From Eledone cirrhosa (taxonomy: Eukaryota), in assembly GCA_964016885.1 (NCBI GenBank), contig OZ024742.1, positions 72,168,001 to 72,232,000 of the forward strand: 64,000 nt of DNA, written 5' to 3'. Positions 39,611 to 54,322 of this stretch are shown here, one piece after another. A model generated the notes under the pieces. It was not told the origin of the DNA and searched no databases. It saw only the letters and a list, made by a program, of their open reading frames with translations. The number at the start of each line of letters is the position of its first letter. Positions within the stretch are counted from its first letter, which is position 1. The position numbers were made by a program, and so were the translations under genes.

Positions 39611-40039
39611 CCAATATGATTGACCGACTTGTCATTTTATCAGTCAGATGTTCTAATGATTCTATATATATATAGAAACAATTATTATTATTAAGAAACC
39701 AATCTCGCTGAGGTTAACTTTGCCTTTCATCCTTACGGGGTCGATAAAATAAAGTACCAGTAATGTACTGGGTAATTGCTGGCCTTGTGCCAAAAGTAGA
39801 AACAATTATTAAGAAACCAATCGTATATTTAATCATACACAACCTTGTCAATTTTCAAATATTCTTCACAACTAAACATACATAAAGATTAATTAGGTTT
39901 GAGTTGATTTTGTGACACATCTATAGATTATTGCTGATATACTAAAGTATTGTGACACAGAGTTTGGAAACCTCTACCATAAACTCTCATATTAATATTT
40001 TTCTACATTGATGTAGTAAGACTCTTTGTTTTTAAACTA

Positions 40040-40630
40040 CTTGTGGCTTTCTTGGTGATCTAATTATCAGCAGGGAAGGTTGCACTGAGAGCATAATAGC
40101 TAGAATAAGGATAGCATGGAAGAAGTTTAGAGAGCTACACCTTCAGCTGACAACAAAGACTTTCTTCCTGTGTATGAAAGGATGACTGTATGAAGTGTGA
40201 TGATGCATGATAGTAAAATATGGGTATGACTGCAGATGACATGTGGAGGCTGGAGAGAAATGAAGCAACCATGTTTTTTGAATGTGCAATGTAAACGTGA
40301 GAGAGCAGCTGAGCTTGGATAAACTGAGGAAGAAACTGAGTTGAAGAATAATCCGAAGTAGTGTGCAAGAGAGAACTGCATTGATGTAGGCATGTGATGT
40401 GCATGGATGATGATTGCTGGGTGAAGAAGTGTTATGAAATTCCAATAAAGGAAAGCTACACTAGAAGTAGACCAAGGAAGACCTGGGTGGAGGTGGTGAG
40501 AGCTGATCTCAAATTGCTGAGACTCATGGAGGATATAATGAAGAAACACAATCAGGGAGAGATCTGTGCTGAAAAGGACCCATCCAACCCATGCTAGCAT
40601 GGAAAAATGGATGTAAAAAGAACAATGATG
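40040..40630 (+). mobile_element. Old RTE 3' fragment
   Basis: RIRIAWKKFREL, RPRKTW. Confidence 0.75.
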
Positions 40631-40854
40631 CTGATAACATAATGCAGTGAGCAAATAAAAATTGTCTAATCAATTAAGATTATATCCATAATGAAAAGGA
40701 GAGTCGTATGTTAATGAATGAGAACCTGTGTTAAGTTATGTTCCAAACACAAACAACTTTATAATGAGAAAGTTAGTTATATTAAATTTGTCTGAATTGT
40801 TGATTATTTTCAAATCGTGTCATTAGAAATATTTCTCTCAATCAATATATAATT

Positions 40855-41210
40855 GAAGGCCCATGGACAAGTAGTTAGGATGTTGGTCTTATGATCATAG
40901 TGTGGTGGGTTTGATTGCTGGACTGGGTTGTGTTTTGTACTTGAGGTAAATACTTTATTTCACGTTGCTCTAGTGGTTAGGGTGATGGTTGTATGATCAT
41001 AATGTTTTTTGTTTGATTCCTGGTCTGGGTTGTGTGTTGTGTTTTTGAACAAAATACTTCATTTTAATTTGCTTCGGTATACTCAGCTTTAACCCTGTGA
41101 TGGACTAGTGTCCTGTCCAGGGGGAATTCTCTTCCACTCAGTCACTTAACATGAATGAAACTATGACACACTTTAAACCTTTGATGGATTGGTGTCCTGT
41201 CCAAGTCTTG
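40855..41210 (+). mobile_element. Two decayed tRNA-derived SINE heads of a second family
   Basis: A/B-box-like heads followed by CTTGAG..ACTTTATTTCACGTTGCTC, as at 11802-11913 and 54180-54322. Confidence 0.6.
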
Positions 41211-42319
41211 TTTTCGCAGTAAATTAACACCAATAAAGCGGGATAAGTACTGGCTTGAGACAGACTTTATTCTAATAGTAATAAAAACTAAATTTTTTTA
41301 ACCATAATTATCCTCACCCTCTGTTTAGCCTCGTATTAGTGATATGGCATATTGGATGCAGTGAAAATTGTTATTTACTTTTGGGGTGAGAGTTGTGTGC
41401 AATATGCTGGCCAATATGTTAATTTTTATTTGTTCTCAATATATGTGGTTCAGGAACCTATACAGGTTTTTAGATGGATTAATACAGGAGTCCATAACGC
41501 ATTCTGACAGCCGAGGGCTTGTGAGTATTTCCACTTCCACCTCTTCTATAAATTGAGAGATAACAGCCCCGATATTATGGACATGAGGTTAGACAGTCTC
41601 AGGAAAGAATCTCTGAACATATTTTATGGGCAAAACCAACTGGCAGGAGACACAGGGGTAGACTCTGCCGAGCAAGATGGTTGGATAACAGGATCTTGGT
41701 TGATCATGCTTGGGAATCCAGCCAGATCAGTTGGAGACAGTTACTTCTGACAGGACCCCCTGGAAGGTGTTTTTGAGGACTCTGCCCCCACGACCCTCCC
41801 AGGAATAATTGGGAGAAGAAGAAGTAATAATAGATATAATAAACTGGTGTTAGAACAACAGGTAGATTGCATGTGCTATTGGTTCTGGTTCAACTTTCAT
41901 CTATTCAAGGGTGATAAAATAAAGTACCAGTAATGCACTAAGGCTGATTCTAAATCTATATCACTGTCTCTGGGAGAAATTGGCTGTGTTGAGACATGGA
42001 GAGAGGGTGTCCCTACAACTCCAAGAATTACACATCCACACATACGCAGTCCCAGTTAACTACTGGGTGGATTGTTCCTCTATATCTATATAAAATATAA
42101 TATAATATAATTAATATAATTAATATAATATATCATCATCAACATTTTACGTCTGCTTTTCCTTGCTTGCAAGGGTGGGACAATATGATATAATATAATT
42201 AAGATAATTAAGATAATATAATTAATATAATATAATATAATATAAAATAATATAATTAATATAAATAATATAATATAATATAATATAATATAATAAATAT
42301 AATATAATATAATTAATAT

Positions 42320-42862
42320 CATCATCATCATCATCAACGTTTAACGTCCGTGTTCCACGCTTGCATGGGTTTGGACGGGGGTTTTCCCACTTGAGGCAAG
42401 AGTGATTGTCTTGCTCGCATCGGACTGTCTGGCAGGTTTTCTACAGTTGGATGCCCTTCCTAACACCAACCACATTTACAGTGTGGGTCTGGGAGGTTTT
42501 TACCGTGTTGCCTACACGGCCACATTACAGCGTGGACTGTGTGTTTTTTTGTCGTGACACCTACACGATCTCATTTGTTTCGGCCTGGATGGTGTGGCAC
42601 ATAACTTTACATAGAAGGGGGTGGTGTGGGGGTGGTGGGACGGGGGTGTATTTTGTTAGAGATGCCTACTGACTGTAGTAGGTTTTACTATGTATTTAGG
42701 TAAGGCGGGTCTTCTCTATTACTGAGTACCGCCAAAGGTCTTGGTCCAGTGACATTGTCTTGGAGAGGTGTAAGTGTGTGAGGTCGGAGTTTATCAGCTC
42801 GTCCCAGGTTTTTCTGGGTCTGCCTATTCCGTGGCTACCGTCTATCTTTATTGCCCTGCACA
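42320..42862 (-). mobile_element. RTE 3' end, close paralogue of 32285-32820
   Basis: High nucleotide similarity, (CAT)n tail. Confidence 0.85.
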
Positions 42863-43849
42863 ATTAATATAATTGTTTCTACTTTTTGGCACAAGGCCAG
42901 CAATTACCCAGTGTATTACTGGTACTTTATTTTATCGACCCCGTAAGGATGAAAGGCAAAGTCAACCCCAGCGGGATTTGAACTCAGATCGTTGAGGGAC
43001 GTAACTATGCAGGAAAGCATGGCATCCAACCCTCTACCGATACTGCCAATCCACCACCATAATTAATATATATTAATATAATATAATATAATTGTTTCTA
43101 CTTTAGGCACAAGGCCAGCAATTACCCAGTGCATTACTGGTACTTTATTTTATCGACCCCGTAAGGATGAAAGGCAAAGTTAACCTCGGCGGGATTTGAA
43201 CTCAGACTATAAAGAGGCATAACTCTATGCTGCAAAGCATGATGTCCGACCCCCCTACCAATACTGACAATCCACCACCCTAATATAATATAATATAATA
43301 TAATATATTATAATATAATATAATTGTTTCTACGTTAGGCACAAGGCCAGCAATTACCCAGTGTATTACTGGTACTTTATTTTATCGACCCCGTAAGGAT
43401 GAAAGGCAAAGTTAACCTTGGCGGGATTTGAACTCAGAATGGCAAGGGCCGTAACTCTATGCGTCGAAGCATGGCGTCCGACCCTCAACCAATACTGCCA
43501 ATCCACCATATAATATAATATAATATAATTCATATAATTCATATAATATATCATCATCAACATCTTACGTCCACTTTTCCCTGCTTGCAAGGGTGGGACA
43601 ATATAATATAATATAATTGTTTCTACATTTGGCACAAGGCCAGCAATTACCCAGTACGTTACTGGTACTTTATTTTATCGACCCCGTAAGGATGAAAAGC
43701 AAAATTAACCTCAGCAGGATTTGAACTCAGATCGTAAAGGGACGTAATTATGCTGGAAAGCATGTCCGACTCTCTACCGATACTGCCAATATAATATAAT
43801 ATAATGTAATATAATTAATATAATGAATATAATGAATATAATTAACGTA

Positions 43850-45730
43850 TTGTTAACCAGGTAATACTAAAAGGTGTCATACCAAAAGATTGGTGCAGTA
43901 GCATCATTGTCAACTGCTACAAAGGTAAAGGTGATGCACGAGATAGAGGAAACTATAGAGGTATAAAGCTGATGGACCAGGTCATGAAAGTAACAGAAAG
44001 AGTTATAGCACAGTTGATTAGGGACCGGGTGAAAATAGATGAGATGCGGTTTGGGTTTGTACCAGGAAGAGGCACCACTGATGCCCTCTTCCTTGTGAGG
44101 CAGTTACAGGAAAAGTACCTAGCTAAAAGTAAGCCACTCTACCTGGCATTCGCCGATCTCGAGAAAGCCTTTGACAGAGTTCCACATGCTGTAATCTGGT
44201 GGGCTCTTAGAAAACTAGGAGTAGATGAATGGCTTGTGAAAGCTGTACAAGCCATGTATAGGGGAGCAGTCAGCAAAGTTAGGATTAGCAATGAGTATAG
44301 CGTACAGGGAATTTAGCGTACAGGAATTTAGCGTACAGGTATTTAGCGTACAGGTTGGTGTCCACCAGGGCTCTGTTCTTAGCCTTCTCCTGGTCATCAT
44401 AGTCCTGCAGGCAATAACAGAGGAGTTTAAGACCGGATGCCCATGGGAACTCCTGTATGCTGATGACCTCACACTTATAGCTGAATCTATGGTAGAACTA
44501 GAGAAGAAATTCCAAACTTGGAAGCAGGGATTAGAAAGAAAGGGTCTCAAAGTCAACATGACAAGACTAAGGTCCTTGTAAGTAGACGAGAAAACAGAAC
44601 CCAGATCCCCTCAGGGAAATGCCCTTGCTCAGTATGTAGGAAAGGTGTAGGTAGGAACTCCATTCTCTGCCCCAAATGCAAACAATGGGTACACAAGAGA
44701 TGTAGCGGGATCTCAGGAAGCTTAATTAAGAATGTAGGCTTCACATGCAGCAGCTGTGCTGGGACAGCAAGCAGCAAACAGCCACAGGAAACAAGTACCA
44801 CCAATCTCTGGGAGGGCTCTGTAGAAACAGTAGACAGCTTCTGCTACCTAGGTGACCGAATTAGCAGCGGAGGTGGGTGTTCAGAAAGTACAATAACTAG
44901 GGTAAGAACGGGATGGAAGAAGTTCAGGGAACTACTGCCACTGCTAGCTGCAAAAGGCTTCTCCCTCAAAATGAAAGGCAGACTGTATGATGCGTGTATC
45001 CGAACAACAATGTTACATGGTAGTGAGACCTGGGCGCTGAAGGTGGAAGACTTATGTAGATTAGAAAGAAACGAAGTCTGCATGCTCCGATGGATGTGTA
45101 ATAGTAATATACGCGAATGACAAAGCATAAATAAATTGAGAGAGAGACTGAGCATAAGAGGAATCAAATGCTGTGTGCAGGAGAGTTGGTTGCATTGGTA
45201 TGGACATGTGATGGGTATGAAGGATGACAGCTGCATAAAAAGGTGCAGAGCACTAGAAGTTGATGGAAACCGCGGAGTGGGGAGACCCAAGATGACCTGG
45301 GATGAGGTGATAAAAGCCGACCTTACCCAATTACACCTCTCAAAGGCGATGACACACGACCGTGTCCTCTGGCATCACACAGTAATACAGAGTACCCGAC
45401 CTCCCATGGGTACAAGCTGAAGCATATAGACAATATGCCCGCACACCCTACCACTGGAAGGTGGTCGTGGAGGTGCCACGGCAAAAAAGCACCCAGCCCA
45501 CACTGTAAAGTGGACGTGTAGGCGCCACGGAAAAAGCACCCAGCACTCACTGTAAATGAGATTGGTGTTAGGAAGGGCAGCCAGCTGTAGAAATCAAGCC
45601 AAAATCAGTTCCTGTATGAGCAAGGCATGGTCAGCCAACCAGACACTGCCCACAACAGGACAACCCGTCTAATCCATGCTAGTATGGAAGAACGGACGTA
45701 AAACGGTGATGATGATGATGATGATGATGA
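43850..45730 (+). pseudogene. RTE LINE RT plus PHD-like finger and 3' UTR
   Basis: NYRGIKL, FADLEKAFDRVP, GVHQGSVLS, YADD, CSVC..CPKCKQWVHKRC..CSSC, FCYLGD; TGA tail. Confidence 0.9.
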
Positions 45731-46363
45731 ATATAATTAATATAATATAATATAATATAATATAATATAATTAATATAATTAATATAATTAATATAATAT
45801 AATATAATTAATATATTAATATAATATAATATATTCTAATTAATATAAATAATATAATTAATATAATTGTTTCTACTTTAGGCACAAGGCCAGCAAATAC
45901 TCAGTGCATTACTGGTACTTTATTTTATCGACCCCGTAACGATGAAAGGCAAAGTCAACCTCGGCATAATATAATATGATTAATATGATTAATATAATTA
46001 ATATAATTAATATAATATAATATAATATAAAATAATTAATATACTATAATATAATATAATTAATATAATATAATATAATATAATTAATATAATATAATAT
46101 AATTAATATAATTAATAAAATTAATATAATTAATATATAATATTATAATATAATATAATTAATATAATTAATATAATATATAATATAATTAAAATAATTA
46201 ATTTAATATAATATAATATAATTTAGATAATTAATATAATATAATATAATATAATTAATATAATATAATATAATTAATATAATTAATATAATTAATATAA
46301 TATAATATATTATAATTAATATAATTAATATCATATAATATATTATAATTAATATAATTATTA

Positions 46364-48297
46364 TCTATCTATATATGTAAAACTGAGGTTGTCTGTCTGT
46401 CTACTAAAACCTTCGGCACACATCTCCTCTTAAACCGTACGTTCAAATTTCGGTGAAATTGCTACACTTATAGATGAAGGTCCGGCGGAACCATCGGTCA
46501 AATAAATTTGTAATGTACTAGCAGTAAAGCCCGGCGTTGCTCGGGGTCGCTCAGTAGCTGTGTTAAAGTTACAATGTTAAGTTTCTTTCTTGGCTTAAAA
46601 ACTGTAGTGTCTACTGTGCAGACTTGCATGTGGTGTTTTTGATTAATATTCCCTCAACCAACAATATGCCTTATGAAGTTAAGAAAACATAACGATAACC
46701 CGAATGTTATAACAAAAGAGGATGCTGGGGATAGAAACTGCACTGGTTATTTATTAACAAAGATCGAAAATGTAAACACTGCAACGCAGAGAAAAACATT
46801 AGCGTAACCAAATTATCAGTTATGTCTGTCTGCACGCCTATATCACCTCTCTGCACGACTGTCTGTCTGCACGCCTATATCACCTCTCTGCACGACTGTC
46901 TGTCTACACGACTGTCTGTCTGCACGCCTAACGACGAAATATTTGCTTGTTTTACGCAGTCTTTAAATAGACTTGTTTTCAAGTAAAAATATTGTTTTAA
47001 AATGCTTTTAAATGGAAATGAAGCAAAACGGAAGCTTAGTGTTCGAACTGATGAATTTTGCAGGTCAATATTTTGCTGGCTCGACAACTGTTAAAGCCAG
47101 CGTAATTTTTTACGTAAGACGCTCAATGTAAACAGAACAAAGGGAAATAACTGATCACTTACGCTCAAAAATCGATACATTATATTCGATTTCGTCACAT
47201 AGGGTGGGTCAATTTGAAATATTTTTTTTCCGATGTCTTCGCTAGGGCTCAATGTACAAGTCTAGCAATTTCGGTGCAATTCCGTGAGAGATTCTAAGAG
47301 GAGATGTGTGCCAAAAATCGATAGACAGACAGACAACCACAGTTTTATATATATAGATTGATTTTTCAGTTCAAATGTATAAATAGAGATGAGAGACGAG
47401 TTATTTCCCTTTTATGGCGTCATTTGCTTATCTATTTATGTTACGTATAAACGACGCGGTGGACCGAGAAGAACAATTTCATGCAAAGAGAAGACCAAGT
47501 TTATGGTGTAAATGGAGTCGTTAGCCTAATATTCTATTTAAAATAACCGAATGATTTCCAGCCCCGGAGTTTAAGAATGATGTAAATAAAATTGTAAACG
47601 AAAATGACAGGTTATTAAAATAGTTGTTTCTACTTTTGGCACAAGGCCAGCAATTAAACAGTACATTACTGGTACTTTATTTGATCGACCCCGTAATGAT
47701 GAAAGGCAAAGTTAACCTCGACGGGATTTTAACTTTGCCTTAACATAGTAAAAATAAATAGTGAAGATTTAGGCCAGTATGCACCGACGAACATACACAT
47801 ACTTATACATACGCACACACAAATACATACACACACACACACGTGCGCGTGCGCGCGTGTGTGTAAACCTTATGCATTTCTACAGTATTTTCACCAAACT
47901 TAAGACATAGGTTACTCATGTACTCCGGATGGTCATGGACACTTTCATTTTTCCAGATATTGATTATAGGGCCTCCCAGCGGATAACGCCCTTTAACCAC
48001 TTCCTTGGAGTCGACTGAAGCACTGCAGTGCAATGCAAAAAAAAACGTCATAACTTCTGGAGTTCGCAACCGATTTTCACAAAACTTGACACATGGGATA
48101 CGTTTGTTCTACAGATGAATGTGAACTCTCAGAATTGGCACATATTGAGTAGGGTACCCCTGAGGGCAGGAACCCCCTTTTGGAAAAAGTCGATGAGTTT
48201 ATAAAAGTATAGTTTTCGAAGCAGCACTGAAGTATTGACATAAATGGTATACATAACTGCTATTTAATACCCGAGCAACGCCGGGTACCTCTGCTAG
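46364..48297 (+). mobile_element. Non-autonomous Helitron hosting a nested Helitron and a SINE
   Basis: 5' TCTATCTATATATGTAAAACTGAGG; 3' CCCGAGCAACGCCGGG hairpin then CTAG followed by T. Confidence 0.8.
46518..47357 (-). mobile_element. Nested non-autonomous Helitron
   Basis: Same termini and body as 23049-23962. Confidence 0.88.
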
Positions 48298-51019
48298 TAC
48301 AATATAATATAATTAATATAATTCATATAATATATCATCATCAACATCTTACATCCGCTTCTCCCTGCTTGCAAAGGTGGGACAATATAATATAATATAA
48401 TATAATATAATTAATATAATGAATATAATATAATTAATATAATTAATATAATATAATATATTATAATATAACATAATATTATATAATTAATATAATTGAT
48501 ATCATATAATATAATATAATTAATATGATTAATATAATTAATATAATATAATATAATATAATTATTATAATTTTGTATAATATAATATATTATAATTAAT
48601 GTAAATAATATAATTAATATAATATAATATAATTAATATAATATAATATAATTAATATAATTAATATAATATAATTAATATAATTAATATAATTTAATAT
48701 AATTAAAATAATTAATATAATATAATATAATATAATTTATATAATTAATATAATATAATATAATATAATTAATATAATATAACATAATATAATCAATATA
48801 ATTAATATAATTAATATAATTGTTTCTACTTTTGAATTAATATAATATAATATAATATGATATAATATAATTAATATAATTATTATAATATAATATAATA
48901 TAATATGATATAAATAATATAATTAATATAATATAATTAATATATTTAATATAATTAATATAATATTATAAAATATAATATATTATAATATAATATAATT
49001 AATATAATTAATATAAAATAATTAATATAAATAAAATAATTAATATAATTAATATAATATAATATAATATAATTTAATATATTATAATATAATATAATAA
49101 ATATAATTAATATAAAATAATATATTATAATATAATATAAATAATATAATATAATATAATTAATATAATTAATATAAAATAATTAATATAAATAAAATAA
49201 TTAATATAATTAATATAATATAATATAATATAATTTAATGTATTATAATATAATAAATATAATTAATATAATTAATATAATTGTTTCTAGTTTAGGCACA
49301 AGGCCAGCAAATACCCAGTAGATTACTGGTACTTTATTTTATCGACCCCTTAAGGATGAAAGGCAAAGTCAACCTCGGCGGGATTTCAACTCAGATCGCA
49401 AATATATAATTAATATAATATAATATAATATAATATAATATAATATAATATAATATAATTAATAAAATTAATATAATATAATATTGTTATACTTTGGATA
49501 ATATAATATAATATAATTAATATAATTGATATAATATAATATAATTAATATAAATAATATAATTTGTATAATTGATATAATATAATATAATTGTTTCTAC
49601 TTTAGGCACAAGGCCAGCAATTATCCGGTGTATTACTGGTACTTTATTTTATCGAGCACGTAAGGATGAAATGCAAAGTTAACCTTGGCAGGATAATATT
49701 TTAAAATATAGTATAGTATAAAATAGTATAATTCATATAATTAATATATTGTCCTCATCATAATCATCGTTTAACGTCCATCTTCCACGCTAGTATGGGT
49801 TTGGACGGGCATTATCCCACTTGAGGCAAGATTGGTTGTCTTGCTCATCGTATATGACTGTCTGGCGGGTTTTCTACGGCTGGATGCCCTTCCTAAGACC
49901 AACCACGTTTACAGTGTGGACTGGGAGGTTTTGACCGTGTGACCTACATGGCCACATTAGAGCGTGGTCTGTGTTTTTTTTGGCACAAGGCCAGCAATTA
50001 CCCAGTGTATTACTGGTACTTTATTTTATCGACCCCCGTAAGGATGAAAGGCAAAGTCAACCTCGGCGGAATTTGAATTCAGATGGTAAAGGGACGTAAC
50101 TATGCTGGAAAGCATGGCGTCCGACCCTCTACCGATACTGCCAATCAATAAAATATAATATGATATAATATAATTAATACAATATAATATAATACAATTA
50201 ATATAAGTAATATTATTAATATAATATAATATAATATAATTAATATAATTAATATAATATAATATAATATAATATAATATAATTAATATAATTAATATAA
50301 TATAATATAATATAATATAATTAATATAATTAATATAATATAATATAAAATAAAATAAAATAATTAATATAATTAACATAATATATCATCATCATCATCA
50401 TCGTTTAACGTCCATGTTCCACGCTTGCATGGGTTTGGACGGGAGTTTTCCCACTTGAGGCAAAAGTGGTTGTCTTGCTCGCATAGGACTGTCTGGCGGG
50501 TTTTCTACAGTTGGATGCCCTTCCTAACACCAACCACATTTACAGTGTGGGGCTGGGAGGTTTTTACCGTGTTGCCTACACGGCCACATTACAGCGTGGA
50601 CTGTCTGGCGGGTTTTCTACAGCTGGATGCCCTTCCTAAGACCAACCACATTTACAGTGTGGGGCTGGCAGGTTTTTACCGTGTTGCCTACACGGCCACA
50701 TTTACAGCGTGGACTGTGTGTTTTTTTTTTGTCGTGACACCTACACGATCTCATTTGTATTACTGGTACTTTATAATATAATATAATTAATATAATTAAT
50801 ATAATATAATGTAATTTAATATAATATATTATAATTAATATAATTAATATAATTAATATAATTGTTTTTACTTTTTGTACAAGGCCAGCAATTTCCCAGT
50901 GTATTACTGGTACTTTATATAATATAATATAGTATTATATAATTAATATAATTAAAATAATATAATATAATTAATATAAATAATGTAATTTATATAATTA
51001 TCATCATCATCATTTTCAT

Positions 51020-52602
51020 CATCATCGTTTAACGTCGATATTCCACGCTTGCATGGGTTTGGATGGGAGTTTTCCCACCTGAGGCAAGAGTGGTTGTCTT
51101 CCTCGCATAGGACTGTCTGGCGGGTTTTCTACGGCTGGATACCCTTCCTAACACCAACCACATTTACAGTGTGGAACTGGGAGGTTTTTACCGTGTTACC
51201 TACACGGCCACATTACAGCGTGGACTGTGTGTTTTTTTGTCGTGACACCTACACAACCTCATTTGTTTTGGGCTGGATGTTGTGGTACCAACATAACTTT
51301 ACATTGAAAAGGGTGGTGTGGATGGGGTGGGGGTGGTGGGACGGGGGTGTATTTTGTTAGAGGTGCTTACTGACTGTAGTAGGTTTCACTTTGTACTTAG
51401 GTAGGGCGGGTCTTCTCCATTACTGTGTTGCGCCAAAGATCTCGGGCCAGTGGAGAGGTGTAAGTGTGTGAGGTCGGAATTTATCAAGTCGTTCCAGGCT
51501 TTTCTGGGTCTGCCTATTCCATGGCTACCATCTATTTTTATTGCCCTGCACTTTTCTATACAGCTGTCGTCTTTCATGCGCATCACGTGATCATACCAAT
51601 GTAGTCTTCTCTCGAGTAAACAACATCTGATCCCTCTTATTTCTAATTTTTCCCTTAATTCGTTTATGCTTTGCCGTTCACGTATATTACTATTACACAT
51701 CCAGCGGAGCATGCAAGCTTCGTTCCTCTCCAGTCTGCGTATATCCTCTGCACACAATGCCCAGGTCTCACTGCCATGTAACATTGCTGTTCATATGCAG
51801 GCATCATACAGCCTGCCTTTCATTTTTAGGGAGAAACTTTTAGTGGCTAATAGTGGTATAAGCTCTCTGAACTTTTTCCATCCAGTTCTGACTCTAGCTA
51901 CTGTACTTTCAGAGCACCCTCCCCCACTGCTAATTTTGTCACCCAGGTAACAGAAGCTGTCCACTCTTTCTATAGAACCATCTGTGCAATGGAATGAGCT
52001 AGTATTCTGTGGGCACTTGCTGCTACTTATTGCACCAGAGCACCGGCCACATATAAAATCTATGTTCTTAGTTAGCTTACCTGTGATCCCACTACATCTT
52101 TTATGCACCCATACTTTGCATTTGGGACATAAAATGGAGTTTCTACCTACTCCTTTCCTACACACTGAGCATGGCCATTTCCCGGATGGGACCGGTGCCC
52201 TATTTTCCTTCCTACAAACTAGAACTTTAGACTTAGACAGGTTAATTTTAAGGCCTTTTGATTCTAGGCCATGCTTCTATGTTTGGAATTTCTTCTCTAG
52301 TTCGGCCATTGATTCAGCTATGAGCGTTAGATCATCTGCGTATAGGAGTTCCCATGGGCAGCCGGTCTTGAACTCCACTGTTATAGCCTGAAGGGCAATA
52401 ATAAATAGTAGGGGGCTAAGAACGGAGCCCTGATGAACACCAACTTTTACGCTAAACTCTTCACTATATTCGTTGTTAATTCTAACCTTGCTGATTGTTT
52501 CTTTACATGGCTTGTATAGCTCTCACAAGCCATTCATCAACACCTAGTTTTCTAAGAGCCCACCAGATAATGGAACGGGGGAATCTCCAAGTCGACAAAA
52601 GC
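51020..52602 (-). pseudogene. RTE LINE RT/PHD/3' UTR fragment
   Basis: VHQGSVLSPLLF, YADD, CPKCKVWVHKRC, MLHGSETW. Confidence 0.88.
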
Positions 52603-54179
52603 TAATTAATATAATATAATTCTTTCTACTTTTAGCACAAGGCCAGCAAATATCCCAGTGCATTACTGGTACTTTATTTTATCGACACCGTAAGGATGAA
52701 AGGCAAAGTTATATAATATAATTAATATAATTAATAGAATATAATATAATATAATTAATAGAATTAATAGAATAAAATATAATATAAGATAATATAATTG
52801 TTTCTACTTTAGGCACAAGGCCAGCAATTATCCCAGTGTATTACTGATGCTTTATTTTATCGAACCCGTAAGGATGAAAGGCAAAGTTAACCTCGGCGGG
52901 ATTTGAACTCAGACCGTAAAGATACGTAGCTATGCTGGAAAGTATGGCGTCCGACTCTCTACCAATACGGCCAATTCACCGTCTAATATAATATTATATA
53001 ATATAATTATATAATGTATTAAAATTAATATAAATAATATAATTATTATAATATAATATAATTAATATAATTAATATATTATAATATTATATAATTATTA
53101 TATTATAATATAATATATTCAAATTAATATAATTAATATTATATTATATAATATATTATATATTATATAATTAATATAATTATTATAATATAATTATTAT
53201 AATATAATATAATAAATATAATATAATATATTATAATATAATTTATAAAATATAATATAATATAATATAATTAAAATAATTATCATAATTAATATAACAT
53301 AATATAATATACTATAATATAATATAACATCATGTAATTAATATAATTAATATAAAATAAAATACTATAATATAATATAATAAAGTATAATTAATATAAT
53401 TAATATAATTGTTTCTACTTTAGGCACAAGGCCAGCAATTACCCAGTGCATTACTGGTACTTTATTTTATCGACCCCGTAAGGATGAAAGGCAAAGTCAA
53501 CCTCGGCGAGATTTGAACTCAGATCGTAAAGGGACGTAACTATGCTGGAAAGCATGGCGTCCGACCCTCTACCGATAGTGCAAATCCACCGCCTTTCTTA
53601 ATATAATTAATATAATATAATATAATTTAATTTATATATATAATATAATTAATGTAATTAATATAATATAATTAATATAATATAATTAATATAATATAAT
53701 TAATATAATATAATATAATATAATAAAATATAATATAATATAATTAATATAATTAATATAATTGTTTCTACGTTAGGCACAAGGCCAGCAATTACCCAGT
53801 GTATTACTGGTACTTCATTTTATCGACCCCGTAAGGATGAAAGGCAAAGTTAACCTCGGCGGGATTTGAACTCAGAATGGCAAGGGCCGTAACTCTATGC
53901 GTCAAAGCATGGCGTCCGACCCTCTACCGATACTGCCAATCCACTGCCTTATAATATAATTAATATAAATAATATAATATATCATCATCATCATCATCAT
54001 TTTACGTCCGCTTTTCCCTGCTTGCAAGGGTGGGACGGGAACTGATTCTGGCTTGATTTCTACAGCTGGATGCCCTTCCTAACACCAACCTCATTTACAG
54101 TGAGTGCTGGGTGCTTTTTTGCCGTGGCACCTCCACGACCACTTTGCAGTGGAATGATAAGGACCGCAGTCCCTATCAT

Positions 54180-54322
54180 CTCATTTCTACAGCTGAGTAA
54201 ACTGGAGCAATGTGAAATAAAGTGTCTTGCTCAAGGAAACAACACATCACCCAGTCTGAGAATTGAACTCACAACCTTTCGATTGCAAGGCCAATGCTCT
54301 AACCACTAAGCCATGTGCCTCC
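54180..54322 (-). mobile_element. Second-family tRNA-derived SINE
   Basis: TGGCTTAGTGG A box, GAGTTCAATTC B box, CCTTGAGCAAGACACTTTATTTCAC. Confidence 0.75.
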
